Positions 1 to 11,538 of a stretch of DNA of 64,000 bases are shown piece by piece (positions within the stretch are counted from its first letter, which is position 1; the number at the start of each line of letters is the position of its first letter). The translations under genes were made by a program, and so were the position numbers. The notes beneath the pieces were generated by a model. That model saw only the letters and a list, made by a program, of their open reading frames with translations, was not told the origin of the DNA and did no database searches. The DNA is from Octopus vulgaris (lineage: Eukaryota), in the NCBI GenBank assembly GCA_951406725.2, contig OX597834.1, positions 27,032,001-27,096,000 of the forward strand. Reading direction: 5' to 3'.

Positions 1-298
1 CCCTCCCTCTCTCTCTCTCTCTCTCTCTCTGCTATTGTCTTCAAACTTGCTTTGTCTCACTTTCACGCAAACGACAGACAGACAGGCAGACGGACAGGCT
101 CTCCGGTCGGCCGGTTAGTCGGCTGCATTTGTAAGGCCGGCTGCACGGTTGGTCGGCCGGTCACCTGCTCTGCTGTGGTTCTCTGCTAGTTATTTCCTCC
201 TCCTCCTCCTCCTTCTGCTCCCCTCCTTCTCTACAATCTTTCTCCCTCCACATCTCCATCTTAATCACCTGTCTGCTTCACGGTCACTCAGTTCCACG

Positions 299-300
<2 letters not shown>

Positions 301-395
<95 letters not shown>

Positions 396-485
396 AACAC
401 GTTCGTACCGTCGTTGTCCTTACACATGAAATATGCACATACATACAGACAGCAGCATGCACGCTCACATACACACTCTCTCTTT

Positions 486-517
<32 letters not shown>

Positions 518-1706
518 CAAACACACACACATACACAAACATACACACACTCGTACAGATAGACACAAACAAAACACACACTTACATATACATATATACA
601 AATGAGCGTACACAGTCACTCGTAAATTTCTCTCTTTCTGTCTGTCTGTCTGTCTGTTTCTCACACATACACATACACACATATTCATATACATACATAT
701 ACACACACATAAAAAGCACACATGCACACACATACTCACAATGCACACGCACACATGTTCATAGCATATTGGTACGTACATACACACAAGCAAACACTAC
801 CTTACATGTTTGCACACACACACACACACATACACACAGACAGACACATACACATACACATTCATACACGCAGACGCACAAACATACCTACTAATACACA
901 CGCATACACGCATACACAGCTAGTCGTCAACACATGTACACCATGTACATACATTCGGACGCAGACACACACGCGCACGAGCACACACGCACATGCACAC
1001 CCGTACACAAACACACACACACACACAACACACAACACACACTTATATGTACGGTCTTGCAAACACACATACACAGATACACGAAAAAACACACACCACA
1101 CACACACACACACACGTAGACACACGTACGCATACATACAACAATAGTCAGTGATACTCACATACCTACACACAGGCTCATTAAATGCACCGACATACAA
1201 ATACACACACACACGCAGGCATACAAGTATACATGCATACATACATACATACGTACATACACACACACACACAGGCATACAAGTATACATGCATACATAC
1301 ATACATACATACACACACAGGCATACAAGTATACATACATACATACATACATACATACACACACATACATACATACATACATACATACATACACACACAC
1401 ACATACATACATACATACATACATACATACACACACACACATACATACATACACACAAACATACATACATACATACTTACATACATACATACATACATGC
1501 ATGCATGCATACATACAGTTACACAAATGCAAACACTCAAACACATACACTCCACTCAAAGCTTCCACTCTCACTTCACTCCCACCCTTACTCCCACCAC
1601 ACCTCCCCTCTCGTGCTGTGCTTCACCTCAATCGCAATTTATCAGGAAAGCACACAGAACTAAAAATAAACTCCCTAGCACTGAATACAGTTTTACCTGT
1701 GCATGT

Positions 1707-1751
<45 letters not shown>

Positions 1752-1780
1752 CACACACACATACATTCTTATATGCACCT
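301..1780. repeat. (CA)n / (CATA)n compound microsatellite field
   Basis: Pure (AC)n at 301-392, then degenerate CA/TACA repeats. Confidence 0.9.
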
Positions 1781-1890
1781 GCATACACACATCTATATGC
1801 CCACTGCTGTATATGTGTATGCGTAAATTGTATGCGTGCTTAGGCAAGCACATACACGCAATCGTTGTTTCATCATATCAATAGGAGCTG

Positions 1891-1927
1891 CGACGTCAAC
1901 GGGAGCATGACGTCAGTGCTGACGTCA
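1891..1927. promoter_or_regulatory. Cluster of CRE (CREB/ATF) motifs
   Basis: CGACGTCA 1891-1898, TGACGTCA 1908-1915 and TGACGTCA 1920-1927, in non-repetitive sequence between microsatellite tracts. Confidence 0.5.
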
Positions 1928-2426
1928 CAGGATTACACCGTTACAGCCGGGAATTTGCGTAGAAAGCAGGACAAGTAGTGACACTTTCTTGGTGGCGTAG
2001 ATTAATTTCATTGTGGCTAATAAAAATAGGGTGGTGGGTAAGTGGGGTGGAGGTGTGAAAGAAGGTGTCGTCGGGGAAGGAGGAGGTTGGTGTGGGTGGT
2101 GGTGGTGGTGGTGGTGGTGCGGGGGTAGGGGTGGAACAGTGTGGAGCTGGGGGCCCCGGTGACATGCTGGTGATGGTGGTCATGGTGGTGGTGGTGGTGG
2201 TGGTGGCAGATGAGGTTTAGAGTTGGTGGTTTGTTCTGGTGGAATGGTCATTGTGGCTAACAAGGGTGTGGGGGTGTGGCAGGGTAGGAGGTGTAGGAGG
2301 GTGGTGGGTGTTGTCGGGTTTGGAACGATACAGTTATGCGTTCAGGACCAGAGGCGGTGATGGTTGTGGTTTTGATGATAGATGTCGTGTTGGAAGTGCT
2401 GGTTTCTTCTGGTGGTATAGGACCAG

Positions 2427-2781
2427 TTGAGGGCTAGCAGTCGGCAGGTGGATGTCTCCGGGATCGTTCGGCATGATGCCGGAGACGTCTGCCTGAGACA
2501 CCGCCGGCCCGGCGGGTGGCCGCCGCCTTCACGCCACCTTGCTTTAATAGGGCGGCGAGCTGGCAGAATCGTTAGCACGCCGGGCGAAATGCGTAGCCGT
2601 ATTTCGTCTGCCGTTACGTTCTGAGTTCAAATTCCGCCGGGGTCGACTTTGCCTTTCATCCTTTCGGGGTCGATAAATTAAGTACCAGTTACGCACTGGG
2701 ATCGATGTAATCGACTTAATACCTATGTCTGTCCTTGTTTGTCCCCTCTATGTTTAGCCCCTTGTGGGTAGTAAAGAAATA
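2427..2781 (+). mobile_element. tRNA-derived SINE family A, full length, with ~124-bp GC-rich 5' extension
   Basis: Head GGCGGCGAGCTGGCAGAATCGTTAGC (A-box-like) at 2551; B-box-like GAGTTCAAATTCC; tail GTAAAGAAATAG; 13-bp TSD GGTATAGGACCAG at 2414-2426 and 2782-2794. Confidence 0.85.
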
Positions 2782-3305
2782 GGTATAGGACCAGCTATTG
2801 TGACAGTATTTTAGCTCTAAGTCACTGTCTAGCCATGCAGGCCTATGATCAAAATGTGTACCAACCATGACCATCCAACCGACAGATTTTTCTTTACATA
2901 GCATTCCAAAAAGACTCACGTTCTCTAATGTGTTTTTCCTTAATGCTTTTAAATACTATTGTTGAGCTGATAGGATGTGATATGAGGGATATTTGGCTGT
3001 TCTTTCTAAATAACCAAATGATTACGACAAGCGGTGATGTTGATGTTGGTGGTGGTGGTGGTGGTGGTAGCGGTAGTGTTATGGTTGCATGAATTAAGCT
3101 AAAGGAAGTGGAGTGAGGTGACGAGAATGGGATGGAAGCAGAGAAAGAAAAGATGATAGCGGTGGTGGTGATGGTGACAGTGGGTGTAATCATGGTGGCG
3201 GCGGTGACGGTGGTAGTAGTCATGGTGGTGGTGAGGCGTAGTGGGGATGAGGATGACAGTGGCGGTGGAGACTGAGATGAGTGCTGCCAGAGAAGTAAGA
3301 ACAAT

Positions 3306-3306
3306 G

Positions 3307-3347
<41 letters not shown>

Positions 3348-3403
3348 TAGTAGCAGCAGCAGCAGCAGTGGCAGCAGCGGCGGCAGTAGCAGCGGCAACA
3401 GCG

Positions 3404-3452
<49 letters not shown>
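3306..3452. repeat. (CAG)n/(TAG)n compound trinucleotide repeat
   Basis: Alternating AGC and AGT tracts. Confidence 0.9.
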
Positions 3453-3454
<2 letters not shown>

Positions 3455-3886
3455 TCGCCTTGGCTGAGCAGACAAATAATTATTGAAGGCTTTCCAGCCG
3501 TGACGCTCACACTTCTATCATGAAGTTTTATAAGTAGAACTCCTATGCTATCCAACGTATTCTTTCGATTAAAACCAACAAAGTGTGTGATTTGAGTGAA
3601 ATTCGGCTGCTTTTTTTAGCGGCTCGAGCGACCATGAATAAATTTTCACCACCAGTTAGGTAAGCAGGAATGAGACAAATGGGCGCAGCTGTTTGGATGC
3701 TGACGATTTGGCGCGGTTGAACGGACATTTGGCTCATTTTGGTGACGGCACATTTTAGAACTAAAAGCAGACGCACATACACACATACACTAACACAGTC
3801 ACTAAATAAAGTAGCTTCACTACAAACAGACACACGCACATATACGTACACGTATACACACACGCACAGCTGGATGGTACACCGTC

Positions 3887-4715
3887 GGTTTCGACGATGA
3901 CTATTCAGTTGATCAATCAACTGAATTCTGCGCTCATTGAAATAGAGTATAGATGCCTATGACACCAGTAAGGAGGTACCAGATTGAATCCCACTACGTG
4001 GATTTTGGGGTACCAGATTGAATCACACTACGTGGATTTTGGGGGTACCAGATTGGAATCCCACTACGTGGATTTTGGGGGTACCAGATTGAATCCCACT
4101 ACGTAGATTTTGGGGGTACCAGATTGAATCACACTACGTGGATTTTGGGGGTACCAGATTGAATCCCACTACGTGGATTTTGGAGGTACCAGATTGAATC
4201 CCACTACGTGGATTTTGGGGGTACCAGATTGAATCCCACTACGTGGATTTTGGGGGTACCAGATTGAATCCCACTACGTGGATTTTGGGGGTACCAGATT
4301 TGATCTCACTATGTAGATTTTGGGGGTACCAGATTAAATCCCACTACGTGGATTTTGGAAGTACCAGATTGAATCACACTACGTGGATTTTTGAGGTACC
4401 AGATTGAATCTCACTATGTAGATTTTGAGGGTAGATATTTTTTACTATTGTCCTAGGTAACCCATACTTTGAGAGTATCATTGAGCAAGTGGAAACTATA
4501 TAAGCCCATTGAATGGATTGTACCCGTAATTCCATAGGTACAGCCTTGTCACACGCCATGTCACATGTAACAGTCTATCTAAGAATTATTTCTTGAATCT
4601 GCCTGAGAATTTCGTTAAGGGTACTCGTGTGTTTGGAATACTCAGGCATCTATGCTCTATTTCAATGAGCGCAGAATTCAGTTGATTGATCAACTGAATA
4701 GTCATCGTCGAAACC
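3887..4715. repeat. 72-bp inverted repeat pair (3887-3958 / 4644-4715) enclosing a minisatellite
   Basis: GGTTTCGACGATGACTATTCAGTTG...AGATGCCT is the reverse complement of AGGCATCT...GTCATCGTCGAAACC with one mismatch. Confidence 0.85.
3976..4432. repeat. 35-bp minisatellite, ~13 copies
   Basis: Unit GTACCAGATTGAATCCCACTACGTGGATTTTGGGG; period 35 (4081 to 4116); no spacers. Confidence 0.95.
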
Positions 4716-4812
4716 CCAAGATACCGAGTTCGATTCCAAGTTGTGATCTGAATGATAATGATAATAATAACATCCAAAAATACCTTAGGAATGAGAACCC
4801 AGGTTCGAAATT

Positions 4813-4885
4813 TCCTCAAGATACCTGATGAAGGCTGGAGAGTATACCAGCTGAAACATTGTATTAACAACAAAAAAGATGAGGA
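4813..4885 (+). ncRNA. Type-I hammerhead ribozyme motif
   Basis: GATAC-CTGATGA-A-GGCTGG(AGAGTATA)CCAGCT-GAAAC-ATT-GTATT; possible distal stem I extension TCCTCA/TGAGGA. Confidence 0.6.
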
Positions 4886-4932
4886 CAAATATCCGTCAAA
4901 TGTAAATAATATAAATAATGTACATTTTTTTT

Positions 4933-5110
4933 TTTACTTGTTTCAGTCATTTGAGTGCGACCATGCTGGAGTACCTCCTTTAGTCGAGCAAATCAGCCCC
5001 AGAACTTATTCTTTGTAAGCCTAGTTCTTATTCTATCGGTTTCTTTTCCCGAAACGCTAACTTACAGGGATGTAAACACACCAGCACTGGTTGTCAAGTA
5101 ATGTTGTGGG

Positions 5111-5201
<91 letters not shown>

Positions 5202-5361
5202 GACGGGTTTGTTTCAGTTTCCGTCTACCAAATCCACCCAGGCTTTGGATGGTCTGAGACTATAGAAGAAGACACTTGCCCAAGGTGCCACATAGTGGAA
5301 CTGAACCCGGAACCATGTGGCTGGTAAGTAATCTACTTACCATACAGCCACTCCTGCACCT
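4933..5361 (-). mobile_element. tRNA-derived SINE family B
   Basis: Reverse-complement match to copy 11129-11538; internal (CA)n(TA)n tract. Confidence 0.9.
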
Positions 5362-5362
5362 A

Positions 5363-5421
<59 letters not shown>

Positions 5422-5480
5422 ATGTATGTATGCATGTATGTATGTATGTATGTATGTATGTATGTATGTATGTATGTATG

Positions 5481-5577
<97 letters not shown>

Positions 5578-6177
5578 TATATATTTCTTGTATATATACA
5601 CATGCGTGTGTTGAGAGAAGTTGTGAGGATGAATCCTTGAATTTAATACTGAGATTTGGAGAGTTCAATGGCTGCAAGTATTCACACAAGACGCCCCACC
5701 TTCATTTCCTTCCTGTTGTCGGTGCGTTTGCTGCTCTCATTGACCTTCAGATGTGTGACGCTGCCCATTAACCACACCAATGTCACATGACGAGGAAGAT
5801 TAAGGGGCTGGGTTACAAAGATCATGGGTACATCACCCAATCGCCGGAATAACATATAAAAGCAAAAAAGAAAGAAACTATATTAAATAAATACAATTAT
5901 GCTTTGTTTTTAGGTCTAAGCCGAGAAGAAGGGCTGGCACCCGCAACACTTTTGGTGGATGGCCTGGAATTAGTGACAAAGAGAAAAGAAATTATCTTCA
6001 AATTATCCGTTTTCTTGGAATAGAATCAAGTATAAAATAATTTCTTTTGGCTCTTTAAGGCCTGAGCTGAAATTCTACCGTGGTCAAATTTGCCTTTCAT
6101 TCTTTCGGGGTTTAAAAATAAAGTACGAGGCAAGTTCTGGGGTTGATTTAATCGCCTAACCACACTCCTTAAAACTG

Positions 6178-6463
6178 TGGAGGCACGTGGCCTAGTGGTT
6201 AGAGCTGCGGACTCGCGGTCGACGGATCGTGGGTTCGAATCTCAGACCGGGCGATGCGTGTGTTTATGAGCGAAACACCTAAGCTCCATGCGGTTCCGGC
6301 AGAAAGTAATGGCGAACTTCTGCTGACTCTTTCACTTTTTCCTCCTGCATCTTGCAGCTCACCTGAGACGGACCGGTGTCCCGTCCAGGTGGGGAATCTA
6401 TACGCCATGGAAACCGGGAAACCGGCCCTAATGAGCCAGGCATGGCTAGAAAAGGAACAAACA
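6178..6463 (+). mobile_element. tRNA(Arg)-like SINE family C, full length
   Basis: TGGCCTAGTGG A-box, GGTTCGAATC B-box, TCG in anticodon-like loop; 14-bp TSD ACTCCTTWAAACTG (one mismatch) at 6164-6177 and 6464-6477; related copy at 51644. Confidence 0.85.
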
Positions 6464-6477
6464 ACTCCTTTAAACTG

Positions 6478-7580
6478 ATGGCCGGTAGAATCGTTAGCAC
6501 GCTGGGCTAGAAGCTTGGCGGCATTCCGTCCGTCTTTACGTTCTGAGTTTAGATACCGCCGAGATTAACTTTGCCTTTTATCCTTTCAGGGTCGATGAAA
6601 AATACCAGTTGAGCGAGGGTGTAGATGTAATCGACGAGTACCCGCCACCCAAAATTTCATGTCCTATGCGTATAATAGAAAGGATTATTAATATCATCAA
6701 AGCGGTCAAGGCGGCGAGCTTGCAGAATCGTTAGGACATCGGGTAAAATGCTTGGAAGCTTTTCGTCCATCTTCACGTTCTGAGTTCAAAGTACATCGAG
6801 GTCGACTTTGCCTTTCTTCGTTTTAAGGTCGATAAAAAGAGGGATCTTTTCGGTTTGACCGGCAGTTTTTTAAAATAATTTCCACGTAACTAAACACTTT
6901 TAAACTTCGTATACTGATAGAATGTGTTTATAAAACATCTTTTTCTCTTGGCTTTATCGAGAAAATTCTATAGTTTTTAAGATATTTGTTGTTGTTTTTC
7001 TTCAATTTCTGCAATTTCAACCAATCAATGACATCTATTGAGGTGAAAACATTTTATGCCGTATGAATATGTCCATCGTTTAATAAACAGATTGGGTTTA
7101 TTTACATTTCTGAAGAAAAAAAAGATACCCTTCCCCCACCCCTAATCCTAACCCTAACCCTAAAAAAGATTGAAATGCAATAGATCGATACTAGGGTCAT
7201 AATTATGGGTGACAATTTCATATGATACCGCTAGAAAAAACTGCCGTTCAAACCGAAAAGATCCAAAAAGAGTACCAGTTGGTCATTGGGGTCAATATAA
7301 TCGACCTGTCCCGTCCCCAGAACGTGTGGGCCTTGTCAATAATATTTGAAGCCAGATTAATCTAGAAGAGGGCCAACCGGCTGAATCGTTAGTACGCCGG
7401 CCAAATGCTTTGCTTCCTTTCTATCGACTTTACATTTCTGAGTTCAAATTCTACAGATATTATCATAGCTTTTTATTCTTTCGGGGTCGATAAGATAAAG
7501 TAACCGGGGGTTGATGGCATCGACTAGACGACTCTTCCCCACCAAAATTCCAGGCATTATGCCTCTAGCAGAAAAGCTTT
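6478..7580 (+). mobile_element. Cluster of three degenerate family A SINEs, one split by a MITE
   Basis: Repeated GAATCGTTAG..CTGAGTT..CTTT..GGTCGAT motifs starting near 6480, 6710 and 7375. Confidence 0.75.
6842..7264. mobile_element. MITE with ~30-bp TIRs and 8-bp TSD
   Basis: TIRs GGATCTTTTCGGTTTGACCGGCAGTTTTTT / AAAAAACTGCCGTTCAAACCGAAAAGATCC (one mismatch); TSD AAAAAGAG at 6834-6841 and 7265-7272; interrupts a family A SINE. Confidence 0.92.
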
Positions 7581-8565
7581 GTTATTATTTTTTTCTTTGA
7601 ATTTATCTTTTTCTACTAAACACTTCTTTTTGTTGTTGTCTGTCTGTCTCTTTGACTTGACTGAAATTATCTTTCGAGGGCAAAAAAAATAAAAAATAAA
7701 AAAAAAAACCAACGACAAAGAATGCTTAACAAAACTACAGAACAACAAAAACAAAAGAACCATTTCGAAATTTTCGAACAATAACCGACTGCTAGCGAGT
7801 TCTTCCCTTTAGCAAGGTAATTCGATATTACTCTAATTATTAGTGGCCTGCTCCTACCATACTCAACTGTATGACAGGCAGACGATAACTTGATATCATG
7901 TAAACAATATAAATTTAATCCAAACCTTTTATTTGATAAGTCACTTTTAGGCGAGCGTTGTGTATTCTTTTGTAAAGCTGTTTTATAAGAGAAAGAACCC
8001 CCGTACACATACCACGCACTATCTCTGTTTTTTTCTCTCTCTCCCCGTCTCCCCGTTTCTGTCTCTCTCTCTCTCTCTTTGTCTGTCTGGCTCTCTTTCT
8101 CTGTTTCTATTGCTCAAGGTTAGCTCGTTGTTCTTTCAAGGTTGCACACTCCACTGCAGGAAAAATCGTAGGATAACTTCCTTTGCAGAGAAGTCGTTGA
8201 TAGGACATTTGCACTGAATTTGTAGATTTTCAAACAAATGAATATAAAAAGCGAAAGGAAAGAAAAAGAGACACTCGAGTATAAATTTCTTTACATACAC
8301 ACACACATACACACACACACACACATACATACATTACATACATACATTAGATACATACATACATACATACATACATACATACAAATAGATAGACAGACAG
8401 AGAGAGATATATATAATACATATACACACATACATAAATACATACACACACATGTATATATATACATATGCATACGCATATGTGTGTGTGTGTACGTGTG
8501 TATGTGTATGTATGTGTGTGTGTATATATATGTATGTATATGTATACATATGTATATATGTATAT

Positions 8566-8626
<61 letters not shown>

Positions 8627-8716
8627 AATGTATAATATCTATCTATATATATGCATCTATGTATATCTATATGTATGTATGTATATATGTGTATATATAT
8701 ATATATATATACACAC

Positions 8717-8897
<181 letters not shown>

Positions 8898-9746
8898 GCA
8901 TACACATACACATACTTATTGTATATCTTTTTTCATTCCTTCTACAAGGAGGGAGCTAGTCTCTAACAAAGAAGTAACAGCATCATCGCTAGAATTTGGT
9001 TAGCCACAGAGAGATAACTGTTACATATTGCAGTTCAGAAAGTCTTGCATATTTTTTCTGTTCCACTTACAGATTGTATCTCTAAACTTCGTCTTAGCAG
9101 ATATCTTTCTTTTGCGTATGAATTTATATATGTAAGTATGTATGTATGTATGCATGTATGTATGTATGTATGTATGTATGTATGTATGTATGTATGTATG
9201 TATGTATGTATGTATGCATGTATGTATGTATGCTTAGTGTAGAAGTGAGAAGGCCATAGTTCAAACGAAGTACTCGATAAAAATTATGCAGTGTTTATAT
9301 TATATTTGACAGCGAGAGACCCTGCGGAAATGCATATCTACTGCACAGGAGTATATAGTGCAGTATTTTCCTCCAAAAGTGATCAACAATGTTCATATAA
9401 ATTATTTGGGGCTATGATATAAGCCTGTAGAATGACAGAATAAAAAAGAGTGTACTACACATTATATAAGAATTACCCGTGAAGTCATACTTAACGACTT
9501 ATCTACCTACCTACCTACCTACCTACCTTCCTACTCACCTACCACCCACCTAGTTACCTACTTAGCTAGCTAGCTACCTACCTACCTACTTTATTTCATA
9601 TAATTTGCCATTTAGGTATACCTACCTACCTACTTACCTACCTACCTACCTACATACATACATACATGTGGATAAATACCAGCTGAACACTAGCGCTGGT
9701 CTCTGTCTCCCTTCGCCTGTCACATCCGGGACATGCCACTAGATTA

Positions 9747-9870
9747 CAGTGTTTCTCAACCATTTTGTTTTTTTAACGTATGGACCATTTTGATTCCTAT
9801 TTGAAACGGGTGGACCCTCCTTGCCATTCGATGTTGAAAAAAGTTATATATCATATTTGTATGATTAGGA
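9747..9870 (+). mobile_element. Possible hAT/Charlie-like MITE left end
   Basis: Begins CAGTGTTTCTCAACC, a Charlie-type terminus; matching right TIR not found. Confidence 0.35.
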
Positions 9871-9874
9871 ATTA

Positions 9875-10502
9875 TCTCCGGCTATCCATCTGGTCTTTAT
9901 ATAGCTATGGTGCGGCCTCACCTGGAATTTGCATCACCGGTCTGGAACCCCTATCTTGCCCAGGATATTAATCGTCTGGAAACCGTTCAGCGACGTGCGA
10001 CCAAGAGAATACCCTCCACCAGACATTTGCCATATTCTGAACGCCTTACTTCCCTGGACATGGATACATTGAAACTCCGACGTTTGGCAGCTGACTTGGC
10101 AGACACCCATAAAATTATTAACCATCTTACAAACAATAACTCTGAGCACCTTTTCAAACTCCACCCGTCTAACACCCATGGACATATTTACAAAGTCAGA
10201 AAACAGCACAGCTCCCATGACTTTCAGATACATTTTTTCACGCTAAGAGTTGCTGAAGCATGGAACAAACTGCTGGCATCAGTTGTTAGTTGTCGGAGCA
10301 CTGCATCCTTCAAAACTTCCATGCTTCCTGAGATTCGCCAACACTACACCTGATTTTCTTCCTTCCATACACACGCAAGCATGTATCTGACTCATACACT
10401 GTTCGCTTTCAAGACATTTGTACATTACTGCATAAGCTTTATACGCACTTTTGACAAGTTGTGGTGCACCTCAGCACTGTATACAATAATTTCATTATTA
10501 TT
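9875..10502 (+). mobile_element. 5'-truncated CR1/L2-clade LINE (ORF2 C-terminus 9907-10353 plus 3' UTR)
   Basis: Translation VRPHLEFASPVWNPY..DINRLETVQRRATK..Y.ERL..L..LRR..FF..RV..AWNKL is typical of the post-RT region; (ATT)n tail. Confidence 0.9.
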
Positions 10503-11128
10503 TTAAAAAATAGTTTAAATGTTTTATGCATTATAGAAGTATAACCCACTTGTTGCACATAAACTTTAACAACAAAATTTTACGTGAACTAGGGGGTGTC
10601 TATGTCTGCTCCTGACTACACAGGCACCTTAAAGAAGAAGTGAAAGCATGGTGCACGTTACCAAACCGTACTCACTCTCGAACGACTGTACAACGCATAG
10701 TAAAGAGCTAGAAAACACAACCAAGAACCAGAGCATAATGTAAACAGTTGGAATACAGAGTAAAAAAGTAGAGTACAAACTAAATAGAGAAATGATAAAC
10801 AGCTTGAGTACGCAGAATACGAAGAGCTGGAGTACATTCACTGTTAGAGTTTACAGGAAATGGTTTGATTTTAAGTTAATTAGCAAAAATATATCATATA
10901 TACAATTACTGTAACAATTAAAAGACACGTACGCAAAGACATACACATACAAATAATGATACAAAAGTGTGTAGAAACAAAGGAAACGCACATCCAATAA
11001 GTTATATGTGTGTTTGTGTGTGTATGTGTGTGTGCGTGCCTGTGTGTATCTATGTGTGTGCATCTATGTGTGTGCATGTATATTTATGCATGTAAGCATG
11101 TAAGTATTATGTATGTTTTATGCACGTA

Positions 11129-11538
11129 TAGGCGTAGGAGTGGCTGTGTGGTAAGTTGCTTGCTTACGAATCACATTGTTCCGGGTTCAGTCCCACTGCG
11201 TGGCACCTTGGGCAAGTGTCTTCTACTATAGCCTCGGACCGACCAATGCCTTGTGAGTGGATTTGGTAGACGGAAACTGAAAGAAGCCTGACGTATATAT
11301 GTATATATATATGTATGTGTGTGTATATTTGAGTGTCTGTGTTTGTCAACCCAGCATCGCTTGACAACCGATGCTGGTGTGATTACGTCCCCGTAACTTA
11401 GCGGTTCGGCAAAAGAGACCGATAGAATAAGTACTGGGCTTACAAAGAATAAGTTCCGGGATCGATTTGCTCGACTAAAGGCGGTGCTCCAGCATGGCCG
11501 CAGTCAAATGACTGAAACAAGTAAAAGAGTAAAAGAGA
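11129..11538 (+). mobile_element. tRNA-derived SINE family B, full length (reference copy)
   Basis: Head GGCGTAGGAGTGGCTGTGTGGTAAG, B-box-like GGTTCAGTCCC, CORE-like CCTTGGGCAAGTG, tail GACTGAAACAAGTAAAAGAGTAAAAGAG; more than ten related copies in the window. Confidence 0.92.

Noticed and set aside
3976-4432. CRISPR-like array (35-bp hairpin repeat)
   Set aside because: Units are directly adjacent with no unique spacers, there are no cas genes, and the context is eukaryotic
6178-6255. tRNA-Arg gene (also 27601 and 51644)
   Set aside because: No proper acceptor stem; the sequence continues into a SINE body bounded by a TSD
7140-7163. Telomere or interstitial telomeric site
   Set aside because: Only about four units, internal to a MITE
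9907-10353. Host protein-coding gene
   Set aside because: It is the C-terminal part of a 5'-truncated LINE ORF2
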